DNA of 64,000 nucleotides from Stylophora pistillata (Eukaryota): NCBI RefSeq assembly GCF_002571385.2, contig NW_019217915.1, positions 228,840 to 292,839 of the forward strand, read 5' to 3'. Shown piece by piece: positions 45,888 to 61,100 of this stretch (position 1 is its first letter; each line of letters starts with the position of its first letter). The notes under the pieces were generated by a model. It saw only the letters and a program-made list of their open reading frames with translations, ran no database searches and was not told where the DNA came from. The position numbers and the translations under genes were made by a program.

Positions 45888-47797
45888 ATGAAGACTTTAA
45901 CCAGTCTAGTGTTGGTTATAATTTTCGCCCTATTTGTTATTGGTAGGTTTATTTATAGATTATTATTATTATTTTTAGATTTCAATCTAATATTTTAAAC
46001 TGTATACATCTAAAATCCTGCAGCTATTTGTATCAACTTACTCAACTTGAGCGTCATTCGTTTTTGGTTGTAACTCTCTGATCTAAAAACCCATGTCGAT
46101 AGACAGGCACCCATCGTGTTCAAAATCCGCCTTCGTAACAAACTTATTGTATTAATTGTTTCAAATGAAGATTGGTAGAAAAAATTTAAAAGTTTTTAAC
46201 TGAGATAAAAAACTAGGATTCAAAGCTTAAACAATCGGTTGTCGGCTCGGTAAACGTTTCAGACTTGGAGGCGTTTAGAAAGTTATTTGATCTAAATTAT
46301 TAACAATTTTAAGTCCATTCATACGTGCCCTTTAACCAAAGAAATCTGAAAATTCACTTTTCATTCAAGAGATTCCTAAAAAGGTTTTGGCTTTACTTAA
46401 TTTCATACGTGAGCCAAGATCTTTACCTTTTATTCTGATGTCAGTGTGGATTCAGCTGCGCCGATGAAGAATTGTTAAGTGCCACAAGTGAACATTTTAA
46501 CAGTGAATGCATTTCCATGTCATCAGCGTCGAGAAAGAATCGGCTTTCTATAAATTTAGACGAAGTAGTAGCTTGTTTTGCTACTAGATACCAATTTTGG
46601 TCCAGTTATACCAAACAATACGTTAAGGCTTCAGGAGTGTGATACTCAATTTTCCAGAAATTACAATATTTCTGTGCATAACATTGTGAATTGGCTGTGA
46701 AGTATTTCCGATCACGAATTAAGAAAGGAAGACATCTCGTAATGCATGAAGAAAAAGCGTGAGTTGTGAAGAACATAAACGCGTAAGTCCCCTGACCACC
46801 AAGGAAATATGTAAAGATAACATTTGTTATGATAAAATTTGTGTTTTGAGATTCTAGTGAGTAGCATAACTTCTCATTGAACTAGAGCGAATTCGTATAA
46901 CCCGTTCGTTATATGCTAGTGAGTTTTCACTAAATACTAATGAGAAAAACAATTAAGAACAGTTGTGAACATTTATTCAATGAACCAACGCTACAGAGGG
47001 TAATAATTTTCGTGGGGTAATAATGACTGTAAAAACACCAAAAAAGGTAGGTACATTCAAAATCAGTTGACTTATGCGTGCACATTCACGACCTTTTGGC
47101 TCCACAGAATATTCTTTGCCCGTTCTTGGCCAGTTATAAAAACCAGTTGTTTTGAACAGTCCAATATATTTCAACGAGCGTCCGGTATTCTCGAGAACTG
47201 TTTCACCAACGAAAGATTCCAGTGTCCACAACTGTTCTGAATCGTTCTTCTCATTAGCATTTAGTGAAAACTCAGCAGCCTATAACTAACGGATCATACG
47301 AATTCGCTCTATTGTCTTCATATGAACTTAAAATTCAATTGCGGACTCCGACATTTCTAAATTCTTGAAAAATAAGGAATTAAACAGGGAGGCATTGTCA
47401 ACCTAAGTAAATGACATTACTGTTAATAAAGTATAGCTTTGTAATCAACGTAGTTGGAAAAGCGAAAAAAAAAAGCGTGGCCTTTTGCGAGCTGTACGTT
47501 GTTAATGAACGACTTTATTCTCCAAGTTTGTAGCAACTTAGATAAAATACACAAAGTTTAGCAGAGGGTTTCTTTCATTTTTTCCCTATACCAGGATATA
47601 CTAAAGCGCGGCCAGATTTCTGCAACCTAGACGCCGAAGGTGGTCATTGTATGGCATACCTAAGGAGATATTACTTCGACAAAAATGCTGGCGCCTGCAA
47701 AGAATTTATCTATGGTGGCTGTGAAGGTAACAGTAACAACTTTGAGTCACTGGCAGATTGTCAAAACACTTGTGGTGTGAAGGAAAGTCTGCGCTGA
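45888..47797 (+). CDS. Secreted single-domain Kunitz/BPTI peptide, 85 aa, 2 exons
   Basis: Exon 1 45888-45942 (MKTLTSLVLVIIFALFVI, phase 1) plus exon 2 47595-47797: GYTKARPDFCNLDAEGGHCMAYLRRYYFDKNAGACKEFIYGGCEGNSNNFESLADCQNTCGVKESLR*. Six Kunitz cysteines and FxYGGCxGNxNNF. AATAAA at about 47994. Confidence 0.95.
46883..47311. mobile_element. MITE with ~90-bp TIRs in the Kunitz intron
   Basis: TAGAGCGAATTCGTAT...GAACAGTTGTG / CACAACTGTTC...ATACGAATTCGCTCTA. Confidence 0.85.
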
Positions 47798-49147
47798 AGA
47801 TGAAGAAAGCCAAGCTTCATCGTGTAAAGTTCTTTCTTCATCGGACCTTCGATGCCATTATATTCAGTTTACAGACATATATGAACTGTAGAACCAAGAT
47901 TAAGAAAATAGTGAATTTACCACAAGATGGTAAACTAAGTTGAAGACTCAGGTAGTGTCGAGCGAACGAAGTTAAGCCTTCTCTGAATAGATAAATAAAA
48001 GTTTGAATTCTTGTGGTAAACCTGCTCATAATTGCGAGATTATAATTATTTTCTGTTATTCATTTAGGCATTTATGGAAATGGAAAGAATCACAGATAGG
48101 CATGTGCTTACTATTTTTTGCCTGCTTAGCATGGAAATTGACGTATAGCTTTTAACTGAGTAAGAGTGTAAAATAGGAAAGGAAATATAAAGACTTATGA
48201 ATTTTCCGCTCCATCTCTTCTCGTCCTAGTCTCAATCTCGTCTCTTAATCGTGTCATCTTCGTTTAAACCTCATAACATCGTAGTCTCGTTCGTACCTCG
48301 ACCACAGCCTTTCTTCCTTTCGCATTGTCCTCCTCTTCTATTTTCCTCCTTCTCGGCGTGGCTTCGCCTCGCTCTCGCCGTGGTCGCTTGCTGCCTCCGT
48401 CCCTCATCTTCATTGGGAGATTAGGAGGAGTGAAAAGCGTAGCAGTGCTACTGCTCCCCTTTATGATAAGGCATCAAAGTTGATCACACAGAATGAGTGA
48501 CAGGCTTGTTTTCGGGTACAGATTTCATCATCCACACCAATATGAGACAAAGGGACTCAGTTAATCGTGAATTTTATTCATTCTGGCGTGATATCTTTGT
48601 ACAGCATGACATTGATTTTTTTAATTAATAAATTATACTTCCGACTATCATAGCTTAAACCCTCATCGTGCGACTGAACATTCTTACTAGTGATATTATT
48701 AAACTGCGAGGTTTCTTGTCATTGTTTGTTCTGTAGTTATTTTTATATTATCTGAAATTTCTGTGTTCAAGGAGAAACTGAAGGAAGGATTTATTTGCGG
48801 TCCAGACATTTCACCACGGTGGAGTCGATTTCCAGGTAATCCAGCAACCAGTCGCACTCTGGGCTGCAGCAAGAGTTAAAATCACGGACTAAAATAAAGA
48901 ATGGATTCATCAACATCAGTATTTCTTGGCTAGAAGAAATTGAGGATTCTGATTGACTCACGTGAGTATCTCAATGTCCTGTGATGCATGGTTTTGGGCG
49001 TCAAAGATTTGTCTTCTCCCAAAATTTTTTGCTAAATTTCTCATAGAGCTACATACTAAAATTTTTATCTTTTTTACTTTTTAAATGGTTTCTGGTGTAG
49101 TTTTTGTTACAGGTCGTTAGGCCTTACATGATTCGTCTTCACACGGC

Positions 49148-49185
<38 letters not shown>

Positions 49186-49190
49186 TAATA
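49148..49190. repeat. (AAT)n microsatellite
   Basis: Direct observation. Confidence 0.95.
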
Positions 49191-52100
49191 AGGACATCTT
49201 ACCATAACCATTACGTTGCCTTTCGAAGTCAAATTCTACGAACGAATTAGAAGAGGAAATGATTACCCAAGGCTATTGATTAAAACATGCATGCTTGCGA
49301 CAGGTCCAGTGGGAATCAAATCTGGAATATATATGACATACAGTGTAGTTTTAACTGAAGTTTGCTTTCTGCATAAATCCTTCCTTGGTTTTGTAGTTAA
49401 ACTAAATATTTTGCCAGGTTATCAATCGATTAGTGGCGGTATTTCAGATTTCTGGATGTTTCAGTCACCGACTGAATACCTTCATAACTGTTCCGTCAAT
49501 AATTGCATAAAAATATACAAACGTAAGATAAAAATCTTTCTATTCTAACAAGGAAAAAAATGAAACGGAATCATTTGGTTAAATGAATGGCCCTCTAGCT
49601 ATCACAATTCTAACAGGACTTGTCCAACCAATGGCGAGCACTTATAAATCAAAATTCATAGCTCATTGCAACTGAAAAAGGTCCTATTTACCTTGCTTTT
49701 TAAACTCTCGTGCGAGCAAGTTCGTGGCGCCTGCAATCAAAACATGAAAATGGTCAAGAAACAGGAGAGCAGATACCATGTTAACGTAATACAAACAGGA
49801 TACGTACTGAAATCAAATGCAGCAATTTAGTGTTAGTACCAACCGAAGGGCAGCGCCATTTTATACCCTCAGGGGTAGGGCGGAATGTGAAGGATAAGCC
49901 TTTCCAATGAGAAAGAAACCCCAGTTATCATGGTCACGAGTTGATGCAGTCTAGGCAAACAGATTTTGAGTCAAAAGCGCAGAGAACTCTTTTGTGTTCT
50001 CGTCGTTTTGTGATGTAATTAAAGTGAAATACTAACGTTTCTTGGTCGTTGTACTACATGGAACGGATTTCAAGTTGATGTGATAATGTTTCAAAAGTCC
50101 GAGCTCTTCGGAACAAGGCATTTCATTACGAGTTTCTGAAAAAAAAAGGGAAGAAACATGCATTTAGATATTTTGAATAGAACTTGGCACAGTCTTCTAG
50201 CTAAGAACTTAAAAGTGGAACCAATCTTTAAAAAATTTAAAACTCCTAAATGAAAGGAAACCTTCTAGTTACCGCTAGGGGGCACAACTTGTGAATTAGT
50301 AACCTTTACCTTAGACTTGTTTTTTAGTCTTTCGTGGACAACGATGTCAAACAAAAAGTTTATTTGTTCAACTTACCACACCTTAATAATTCTCATATGC
50401 TTCTTTTGTCGAAAACAAGTTAATTCGAATCATTTCAAATTTCTTGACAATTTGAAACCAAGTTCTCAAATAATTTCCAAAATATTGAAATAAATAGGAA
50501 AGCATTAATGCGTTAAAATCTTTACGTACCAAGCTCGTCTTCCTTTTCTTGTATATTATCTCCTGTAATAAAAAAGGGAAAATCGGATGTGTCAGAGCGT
50601 TTCTTTGGCCATTCAGATTTGCATTTGAAGTGCACATAACAAATAAATAGAGAAATAATCAAGAAAATTTTTTTGTAATTTCTCTTCTCTTAATGACATA
50701 CGCTTAATTAGCCTTGTGAACCGTAAAGGTGTCAGTGTGAAAGAATCTTTAATGTGGCCCCCCTAATGTACACCCCGTCGACTTTTTTCATGGCCGAAGC
50801 TCGTTAACAAGGTGGATCTTAGTTTTCCTTAAATCAAGTGCGGTTCCTCTGCTATTTCTCTCTCTCTGTCACTCTGAGAAATAACTTTTATTCTTCAAGA
50901 AACATAATTGTTGAAGGAAATTTAGATAACAGTCAAAGCTGAAAGAACCACTTGGAACCCCTTGGGCTTATATTCTGAAGAAAAAAAAGAACTTAATGGT
51001 GATATCCAAGGGAGTCTTTCGTCTAATGCGTCTGGATAATTTTTCACAATAACTTTTCCTTCTCCCTCTAAACTAAAACGAAATTGATAAGAAATGATAG
51101 ACAAAATAAAACAAACTGAGGAGTAAATTAATTCACTTTATCACTGAATTATGAAAAAATAAGCAAAAATGACTGAGTAAATACTGGTAGGTAAATTCTG
51201 TCATGGTACTAACGTGCTTCTTGCATCCATTCACTCTTTATCAAATCTAAGGAAGATAACTACTTTTAGAATCAAAGTTACAGGATTAGAGCGGACATTA
51301 AAGCTGTGTTAATATTGCAGTCATATTCGTTGCTTTTAACTTATTGCGAGAACTTATTATTGGTGATATGTTACAGACTTTTCTTTGATGTTAGCTTTGT
51401 CATGCTTTTCTTTCTTGCATATAAAAGAAGTATCTGTGAGGGCGCAACTTATATCTACGGTTTTTTAATGATTTTATTAAATATATATGAATTGCAGCAA
51501 TCATTTAGTAACCCACATTCACACTCAGTTAGAGAAAATCCGTATGTTAAATTTTAGACTCGCATTTTCTTAAGAGATGTAGGCTCCTTAAAGGGATCTG
51601 AGTCTTAATTTAAAGTAACTTTTGAGAGAAGAACTTCCTAATCATTAATTGAATCCGAACGTTTTTTTCTGAATAAGGCTTCAAAGCTTTTTTACCGCCA
51701 AAAAACCTTTCTAGAGTTTATTTTGAGTTACGTTAACGATTTTGTTGCGAAATTTGTAACAGGTGCATTGATAACCGGGTTGTGCAATTTCATAAACCTT
51801 TTATAATTGTAAAAAGTACGAAGATGAATTAAGGTGCCTTCTAAATTTTGTCGCTAGATTTCTACGGAGTCATAAACCGTGACATGTTAGGAAATTGAAA
51901 GATGCTTTGGCGGAAGACGAGCTGGAGAAAATTTGTTTTGAAGCATTAAAATTAGTTTTGTTTGTACAATAAAAAGGGGCAAACACTTATGCACCAAACA
52001 TTAAGGTTCACATCGGAAAATTTGGTCTGCATCTCTTCCTTAGATAAAAAAAGCCAGGGATATATGACTAATGCTCCTTTTCAAAACTCCAAGTGTTTCC

Positions 52101-55100
52101 AGTGCGAGATAGAAAAGACGATGTTTTTTTCTGTTAAAACTTAGAATATGTGGAGAGGAGCTAATCCTCAATCACAAACTATGTGGCAATAAATTGTAAA
52201 ACCGGAATGTTTTATAGAGGTAAAAAACTTCTCATATGTTGCCGGCAGGGAGTAAATTTTTTTTAATTATTTCTCTGATAGAACTTTTGTTCTAGTTTTA
52301 GATAAAACAGTTAAAGTTCAAAGTCAGACTTTTATCAAAATGTAGTTTTCTTATTCCCCATTTACCAAAATACTTTCAAGAGAACTTTGACCTTCTGCCT
52401 GTAGTTGCCGCTTCTAAAACAAGGGTTAGCTAATTGCAGTTTAGACTCAAAGAACAGCGGCGGTGATAGTTGAGAAAAAAAGTATATTATTTGGATCGTA
52501 TATTATTTGGATCGAAGTTTAAAATAGCTTGATACCCAACAACGAAAACCGCATTGGTAAATTATTAATTATTAAATATATGTTTGACACCTTGTTACGA
52601 AAGAGTTCCCATACTCTTTCAATCCAGTATCTGAAAGCAATAATTTCTAAAGGTGCAAAAAGGAATTTAAAAATTATTTTCAAACAGTTATGGAGTAACC
52701 AAGCTTGTGAGGTGTTAGGTTTTATAACACCGTTATCGAAATGTTTCTCCTTCGCTATGTTAGTTTTAGTTTAAAGTATCATAAACCGAACAGAACTTTT
52801 TTTTTATAATGATTTCACTCAGTTTGGATATTTTCTGCATAAAATATTGAGTATACAAGGCCTGATTTTCTATCGATCACAAATTTAGAATGGTAATTTC
52901 ATTTTTACTCCATATCTTATGTTAAACTACGGAAATCCTTAGCAGCTTTAAATAAATTTAGAAAGATGAACCTTCCAAAGAGATGAAAAATTTCAATGTT
53001 TTGAGGCATTTGTTGACAAAGCGAAAATTTAGTTCAGCCTTTGGAGAGCTTTCATTCTTTTTATTTAATGGAGAGAAAAAAGACATTTTCCGTATTTTTT
53101 TCATAAAACCTGAAAAAAGAGAGTAATTTTATCTACTTCAAGGATTCATTAATTTTTCTGCCATTCTTTCTTTTTATTTAACGAGAATAATTTCTTAATA
53201 AAAATCTAGACTTTCCATTTCACAGATGAAAGCAATCAAGTAGCATTGTAAAAAACTCAATAGAGTTCATTACTGAGAAATATTAAAATTGCGTTTAGCC
53301 AAAACAGAAAGTAATAGATTTTTTTTCTTTTGTCTTCACTGATTTTCTAAAGAGACCTTACTTTGTCGCCAAACTGGAATGACGCAAGACAGTAAAACAA
53401 TAGACTATTGAAAATACGATTTCAAACTCTAACCTAACAACCTCAAACTGTCCACGAAAATTGCGTCCTTTTTTTTTTGCGAAGTCATACGGAGCTTAAA
53501 GCTTGGCATTATGTTTGAACCTTTGATCAGTTCAAAACCAGACCAGTCTCACCAATCAAAATTCTCCCATTTTCCCGGCTTTTTGTCAATCGATAATATT
53601 TGGGAATCTCGAATTTAGATAAAAAAAATTAATTTAAAAGACATTCTGCAAAACGTTGATTTTAGTGGTCCTTTTAGCTCAAAAGTTTTCACCGAGCTAC
53701 TTTTCTTCTAACCTTGGAATACATTACACGATTTCGTGCAAAATGTAAAACAATTATTGCCTGTTATTCGAAGTGTCAGTGCAATGGATTTTATGCTCTG
53801 ATATCGAAATTAACATCGACCGAGATCATTCTAGGAATATTTTGTCTTTACTTAGGATATCTTTATTTATCACGAGTGAGTCCTGCAATATTACAAAATA
53901 TAAATCAGCTGTCTAGTTCCTGTCTATCGTAAATCGCTTTTTAATTTTAAAGACAAACAAGGCAAAATGCGAAACTATTGTACAGTTCAGGCATTGTGTA
54001 TTGTAAAACTATAATTTATGTTCGCATAAAAGTAGACATGCATTTTGTACGGAAATTTAGTGATAAGATTTTCTAAAAATAATTGTTGGAATTTAATAAC
54101 CTGTTAACGTCGAATTTCACTCTTTTACTGATCCCCATATGAGCTGTGCGAATCTTAGCTAGTTTTCTCATTTTTTTAGGGCGCGATGTGAAAAAGCTGT
54201 CGAAGATTCATCTCGAGTCTCTTCCAGTTAAAATCTAGCTCTCGTTTCTCGGAAATCTAACTAATTAAAATCTTATTTGAATAATGCGCAGTTTTAGTTG
54301 TAAAGATCTCGAAAAACGTCTGAGCGTTATTTTAAATGACCTGCATATTTTCAACTGTGTGCAGTTGAAATTTTCTTCCAAATGCAATTTATGTGTAAAG
54401 AGTAGTTCATGTTCCCTAGTAAAGAAAAGATATCACTCCTTCTCTCTTGTTGCCGACCATGTCATTATAACTTTTAAATTGTGTATTAAATGCAAAAGGC
54501 TACTGGTAGCATTGAAGGATAAATAAGAATGTTTTAAAAAGATATTTTGGAAGTTAAATTTTTCTTGGTGTAGAAGGTTTTCAAATTCTCACCTCTATCG
54601 TCGCTTGGAAAAGAACCTTTAAAAAAATACAAAATGAAATTAAATTTAACAGCATGACAATGAAGTGGTCACCAAAAAGTTAACAAGAAAATGGCACCAA
54701 TGATTTTTCGCCTACTACATGATATATATTTGTAAAATTGCTCTTGCTTTAAAATGATAAAGAAACTGATTGAAATATATATAAACGAAATGTGATTAGA
54801 TTTCGGACTTTGAAAATTAGTGTTGAAAATTAGTGTTCATCTAAGAGCTGATGTGAAACACGATAAAATGAATCTGATCCATGTAAATAAGTCCCTATTG
54901 CTGTTGTTTATCTTATTAAGGGTATGACTGAAAATGAAAGATTTTTTTTAATTTCAATGCAAGTTGTCAAGAGGTGGGACGGAGAAAAAGAGTAATAAAT
55001 CTTCTTAAGATTTGGGAAAGAACGAGACGTCAAAAATGTGCTAGCTGTTAAGCAGCCTAGAAAGATTTTTAAAGTTCTTCTAAACCTATTTCTATAGTTT

Positions 55101-58100
55101 TCCTTCCAACTGTACGGTAATAAAATGCAAAAGAAAGATGACAAAAATAAAAATATTTCTCCAAAAAACAGAATTGCTTCGTAGATCAGTTCGTTTAAAA
55201 AACTTATTCGAAAAGGCAAAAAAAAATTGCATTTCAACAAAAAGGTGTACACGAAATGTTAAAAACCAAAGAATATATATATTAGGAAAAAGAATGGAGA
55301 AAATTGGAAGAAGACTCACATGTGATTGCAAATAAGGCGGCAAATATCACTAAACATGTAAGCTTCTCCATGTTGAACGCGGTCTTGTGCCTTGGACTCG
55401 TGGTGTTCTCGGTTCTGCGTTCCTTTGGGTTTTATGGTACGGTGTTATGTCACTCAGGTTTTATATTCTCTTGTCAGAGCCATGATTGCAAACAAATATA
55501 TGATCTATGAATAGAGGGCATTTTTCTATTAGTGTGGTCAAGGAAATTAGTGGAAAAGTGACCCTAGGTTTCAAAATAGTATTAATTTCGCTTTTTCTAT
55601 CTCCTTTTTCTTTTCATGAACCACCGCTGGGGCATTTGGTTGTATTCTCACGCCATTGGGGGGCCTTTTGTGCAACGTTAAAAGCTCAAAGGAAGTTGGT
55701 TTTATTTCTCTTAATTTCAAATCCATTCATAAAGGTATATTTCCATTAGATAGATTCACAAGTGTCTTGAAAAATTGATGATCTTATTAATGATGTGAAC
55801 GTGGGCAGAATAATTTTATTTTAGAGGTCCAGTTAAACGCTATCAAGATTCTCGGTCGCAAAATTTCTTCCTTATTGGCTCAAGAACTAACTAATTGTGA
55901 TACATAAAAGCAGATAAGGATTTTTTTATTGATTAGTTACGTCCACAGCATCTCTGACCCTTTTAGAAATCTTCTTTAAATTCCAAAGATATTGCATTCA
56001 GGTTGTCCATCTCATGAGTTTATTTACTTAGCTCTAACGTGGTCATAACTTTTCTGTAAGTTAATCTTTATTACATCCTGATATAATTCGACCCCAATGC
56101 AGGCGAATTTTTTTTATTATATTCTATGTACAATCACCGCCCCACCGGCAACTCATAAAAATTTCAAGAGCTGCTTTAGTTATCCTCAGATTCGATCTTT
56201 TGTTCCGTTTATTAACCGATCCACACTCTGCACAGTCTTAATTAAAAGAATCAGCGCCACGGCGCCGAGAGGGTGAACCCAAACCAACACACCCCCACAA
56301 AAAGGCACAACAATAAGATTTGAGCAACAACAATCTATTACAGATACTGACTCGCATGGGCTGACATGTTTATTCATTCACGAAGATCATAAGAGCGGGA
56401 AGTCGTTAAAATCCCGTGTCTTAGCCCAGCTTGGAATGTGCAGGTCGCCCTCATTAGAAATTTTCACCGCGCTTAATATAAACTGTATTAAGGGGTGGTT
56501 CTGATCATGTTATTTCATTTACAAGTGTCGGTGGATGTGAAAGAAAATAGTCCAATAGAGACAATACGGAAATTAGACCTTAGGAGCTCGTGACAAAGAA
56601 GAACAAATAAATATCACAGCTCGCTGTAAGCAAACTTGCTTACTCTTGTATTGAGAGCACTCCCCGAAAAGCACTGAGAAACGAGTGCTACAGATCCAAC
56701 GCAAAAACTTTGTGTAGCAAAAGTCTTGTCCAAAATAAACCTTTATCAACCGATAAGCGAGATTTTGGATTCTAGATCACCGGTCTAAAAAAATATGGGA
56801 TTTTATGAGTGACAAGGAAGATGAAGGTAGATTCCAAAAAATATATATTCCGAAATAAATGCCTGACTATTTAATTTTTCTGATACGACGAATTGATTCG
56901 CTCTTTCCTTTTGTCAGGATGATTGTTGAGATTTAAAACCCTTACATTGCTCGGTGAAAATCGTCGCATTTTTTTCCCTTGATGAGTTCCATTATTAAGG
57001 AAAGTACATTGCCATTAGTACATCGGAAAAACCTTAGAGTTATGGAACGAAAAAGTCAGGCTCATTTCGTCAGTGATCATAATTAAAAAGGATTTTTTTC
57101 CATCAAGTAAATGCATCAGTCAAAAGTAAATGACTCAATATACTGATTATTTTTAGTGATTATTTTTTCAAAGAAATTTCTCGACTCGTAAATCCTTGCA
57201 CGACAATAGCCTCATGACAAAGCTGTAAAAATGCTGGATGATAAATTTCCGCTTCACATACGTCAGTAAGACTGGGTTTATTCAACCAAAAAAGAAAATA
57301 TCTGTAAACATCGATTGTGTTCGAGATGACTGCAAATAAACCACAACAAACAGGCCCATTGTTACTTACGCAGGTGCAAGGATAACGAACAAGATCGCCT
57401 CGTGATAATCCCTTAAACAATGTACCACGTTAGACGAGAGCCTTCTTTACCGAAGAAAAACCGTCTTTATTTATACCAAATAAAGACTTTTCAATCGGAA
57501 GAATTAGAGACAAACGAAGCTCTAAAAACCAAAACATTGCTTGGAAGGTCAAACCTAAGGGTTTGTTTTCGCCAATTGGGGCTTGCCTTAGGTGACTTAA
57601 TGAAAAAGCACTTGCGAGTTCTCAAACGAAAATTGTTCTGACCTGAGAGAGAGCCAAACACTTTTGCGATTGCGAATCAGGGATAAATATCGTGTATTGG
57701 GGAGATGAAATCAAGCCGCACCAGAAAATTACTCTATTGAAAATTTTTCCAAAAACAGATTTCTAATAAATTATTAATCGGTGATATCAAATCGCCAAGT
57801 TTCTTAGGGAAATGTTTGGCGAATGTCTAGGTAAACTTGTAAAACTTAAGAAAGTACCCTAACGTTGTGTTCTCAGTTAATTCTAAACCAATATGATCGG
57901 AATTAGTTTTAACATTTTGGTTGAAAGCCTTTCAACACCAGCGCTTCCAAAAGTAATGAGTTCCCTCTTAGTTTTTATAGCGAAAATTTCTAAATTGCAA
58001 AAAAAAAAAGAAATGAATACTCTTTTAAGGCTTGAAGGTCTCTTTTAAGGCTTGAAGGTAATCTGTTGTCGTTGTATAAAAATCTAACTCAAATTAATCG

Positions 58101-61100
58101 TTTCTTGGACAAAGTTCTTGATATTCGATTTACGTTTTCTTTTCTAAGTCATCCTCCTTTTCTTATGTTGTCGTTACGGGGTAATTCTTAATTTAATCCT
58201 AACGATAATACATGATTTTATTTCTAAGTTTTTGAGAGGCAGAGCTGGGGTTTCAGTATTTGATTGTTATAGGTATAGTCTATATTGGGTACTCGTGTCG
58301 TGATCTTTGTGAAGGTATTTTCAAAAAGACATTTCAAGATCAAAACAGGGAAAAATATTTTGCAAAAATAATGCAAGTATTACATATATTTCACGCATTG
58401 CTATTATTTAGCTTAAGTTGAAAAATAGTTTGTTTGATTCATAAAAGTTCTGACAAAGAAAATGAAAACATTGCTTATTTAGATAACAGGCTACTGCAGA
58501 GCTACCTACTTGGAAATGAAACTGCTTACTTACTGATCTCTTTGCCCAATTTAATTGAAATTGTAATTCCCAGCAGCCTTCAAATGAGATTCCAATTTTC
58601 TGTTTTTTCTTTCAAGAAAATATCAAGTTTAGTGCATCATAAAAAAGATCATTTTTTCGCTTACCAAGGTAGTTTCACGTTCTACTCCGCAAAGAACAGT
58701 AAAGGATTCGATCAATCCTCCACAAAAAGTGCTTGGCTCTTGTAGTCAAGGAGCAATGGCGGCTCGAATGCTACTAAAAGAATCTTAATCGTATTCAAAA
58801 TACAAATTGCTCCTCCCTTGCAACGCTGTTAAGCAAATTACAGACGCCCTGCGAGGTCGAGCTTTATCTTCATTTCCTCGATAACCGATTCTTTTGAATG
58901 CCGGCGACACTTTCAGGCTGCCAACAACAACTTGTTAAAATCTTCAGTGAGGGAGGACAAAAGGAGTCAGGTTTGCCTTCTTTGCATATTAATATTTGCA
59001 TACTTCATTAAAGTCATTCATACGTTGGTCGAAGTACAGAACGTTGAGGGATGAGGAATTTCAGCTGTAAATGATGAAGCAATTAAATCATCTGGACTAC
59101 TGTTACGATGACAAATTTGCGGTGATATCAAAGACGAAAAGGTTGCAAATTGAAAAGTTACCATTTTATCCTTTAAATAGCCCGTAATTTATATACACCA
59201 CCATGGTTCGTTAAAAGCACAGCAGAGATGTAGAAAGCTTTGTGACTTATGATATACCATAAAATTAAGGAGCAGAGGGTGCATTTCGTCTTTTTAAGAG
59301 TATATCATCGTGCAAATTGACCCTTCTGGCGGAGGAAGAAACCGTTTTCGTATCAACTCGCGGGAAGAATCCTCAAAGTTTCACAGCGGCACTCCTCATG
59401 ACTAAGATAAAAAAGATAAATAAAATAAAGTCAAGATCTTAAAAAGGATTTTCGTTAATTCGTTTGGACTTTGCATAGAAGATTATCACCTGGCATAAAT
59501 CGTCAAAACGATGTTGTTGAAGGTGATAACTTTATATAACATCAGAACTGAAAAATGTAATCGAACTGTTTAACAAACATCTCTCCTTAGCGGTGAAGCT
59601 TTAACGAATCCTTTTTGCTCCCTCGACTGTTTTAGGCTTTGTCAAATTAACCACTAAAGGGCGTGTTTTCATGCTTATTTTAGCTGAATATTGGGAGGAA
59701 ATAAACCTTGGTATAATTTAAGCTTAACAAAAATGAAACGTTATGTGCAAACAAATTTGTCATAAATAGCAGATGAAAAAAATATATATCAGGCAACTTA
59801 CAACTGATCTGACAAAATTTTGCTTAGGATATTGGTTTAATTTGAATATTAGTATATTTTCTTTTTGCATAGCAGTGATTTAGCTATGAATTCATCTCAG
59901 TAGGCCCTGTATTCAATCGATATGACTTAAGTTATAGTTACTCGAGGTTTTATTTCGCTTTAACGTTACTGAAAGGAAAATAAATTTTTAATTCACTCTA
60001 GTCGGCATCAGTTGATACGGCATCATATCACTTTGCCTTCTCTCTTTTTCATTAGAGATAATTATTTTAGGAAAAAAACCAAAGGGACATTTCATGGCAA
60101 TTTCTGCAAAATAATATAATATATTTTTTCAACAATCATGCATGATATGGCTATCCAAAAATATACTCATTTACAATACTGTTTATCAGAACTTTGCATC
60201 TAAATTGTTTTACGCATCTTCCGCTGCATCTTATCTCGATGAATTCGGTAAAATCCTCATCAAGCAGGTTATAATTATTCCATACCATTTACAAATTTAC
60301 TGACGCCAGCAACTGTAAAGTATTAGCAAAAGCTTCCGTTATCGATTCCGATTTAGCAGAGCTGTACATGTAGATATAAAGTTTTACTGTACAGTAAAGG
60401 TAATCTTAAAAACTTCAGTGCAATTGCTTGTACCTTCTCGCCCTGTTTTCAGGTAGGTGTCTAGAAGAAATTTAGCAAGAGTGATAGGGCTCCTGAAAGG
60501 AAGCTACTTCACAGTTCATGCTTCACCGGATTTAATCGAGGTATTTGAACATTGTAATTTAAGTTTGTGCTTACCTTATTGAGCTCTTTAAAGCATTTGA
60601 TAACAGGAAGTCTTATGTAGCCACTTTCCCTTGAAAACAAGGGAACTAGCCATTGATTTCTTTAACAATCAGACCGACAACGTTTTTTTTTTAACTACCC
60701 GCATACAGGTGCTCAGAGATGCTAAGAATCTTTTCATCCCTGGGTCAGTTCTCTTGCAAAGAACTAGTTTGAAAGCATCCACTTTCAAAGAGTAACTAAT
60801 CAATAGGGATGAAACAATAGAACCCAATTCGCTAGACATCTCTAAAAATTTTTTAGAATGGTTAACGTTTATAGGGCGATGCGTGTTCGCCTGACCTTTT
60901 GTTATGGAGAGGACTAGCAGTATGCAGTCAAAACATTAATTGCAGTCCACATCGGAAGTGATTGCATTGTGAGAAAAAAAGATTACACCTGAACAGTACA
61001 AGCGTTTTCACTTTGTTTTGTAATTGCAACTTTTTTCACAGTATCAAGCAAATTACATGTTAGATCGAGACTTTTTGCTGCCACCGCAGCACATTTCATA

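Noticed and set aside
37944-47797. Secreted protein, GPCR and Kunitz gene as one functional system
   Set aside because: Only proximity supports it; neighbouring animal genes are usually unrelated. It would need conserved synteny and co-expression.
48200-48415. Purine-rich minus-strand stretch encoding Arg/Glu-rich peptides
   Set aside because: Stops in the plausible frames and no assignable family; at most a degenerate transposon relic.
48768-48812. KEKLKEGFICGPDI, reminiscent of a transposase motif
   Set aside because: Too short, with no flanking homology.
55370-55436. Signal-peptide-like exon MLNAVLCLGLVVFSVLRSFGFY with phase-1 donor
   Set aside because: No convincing in-phase downstream exon found; could be chance.
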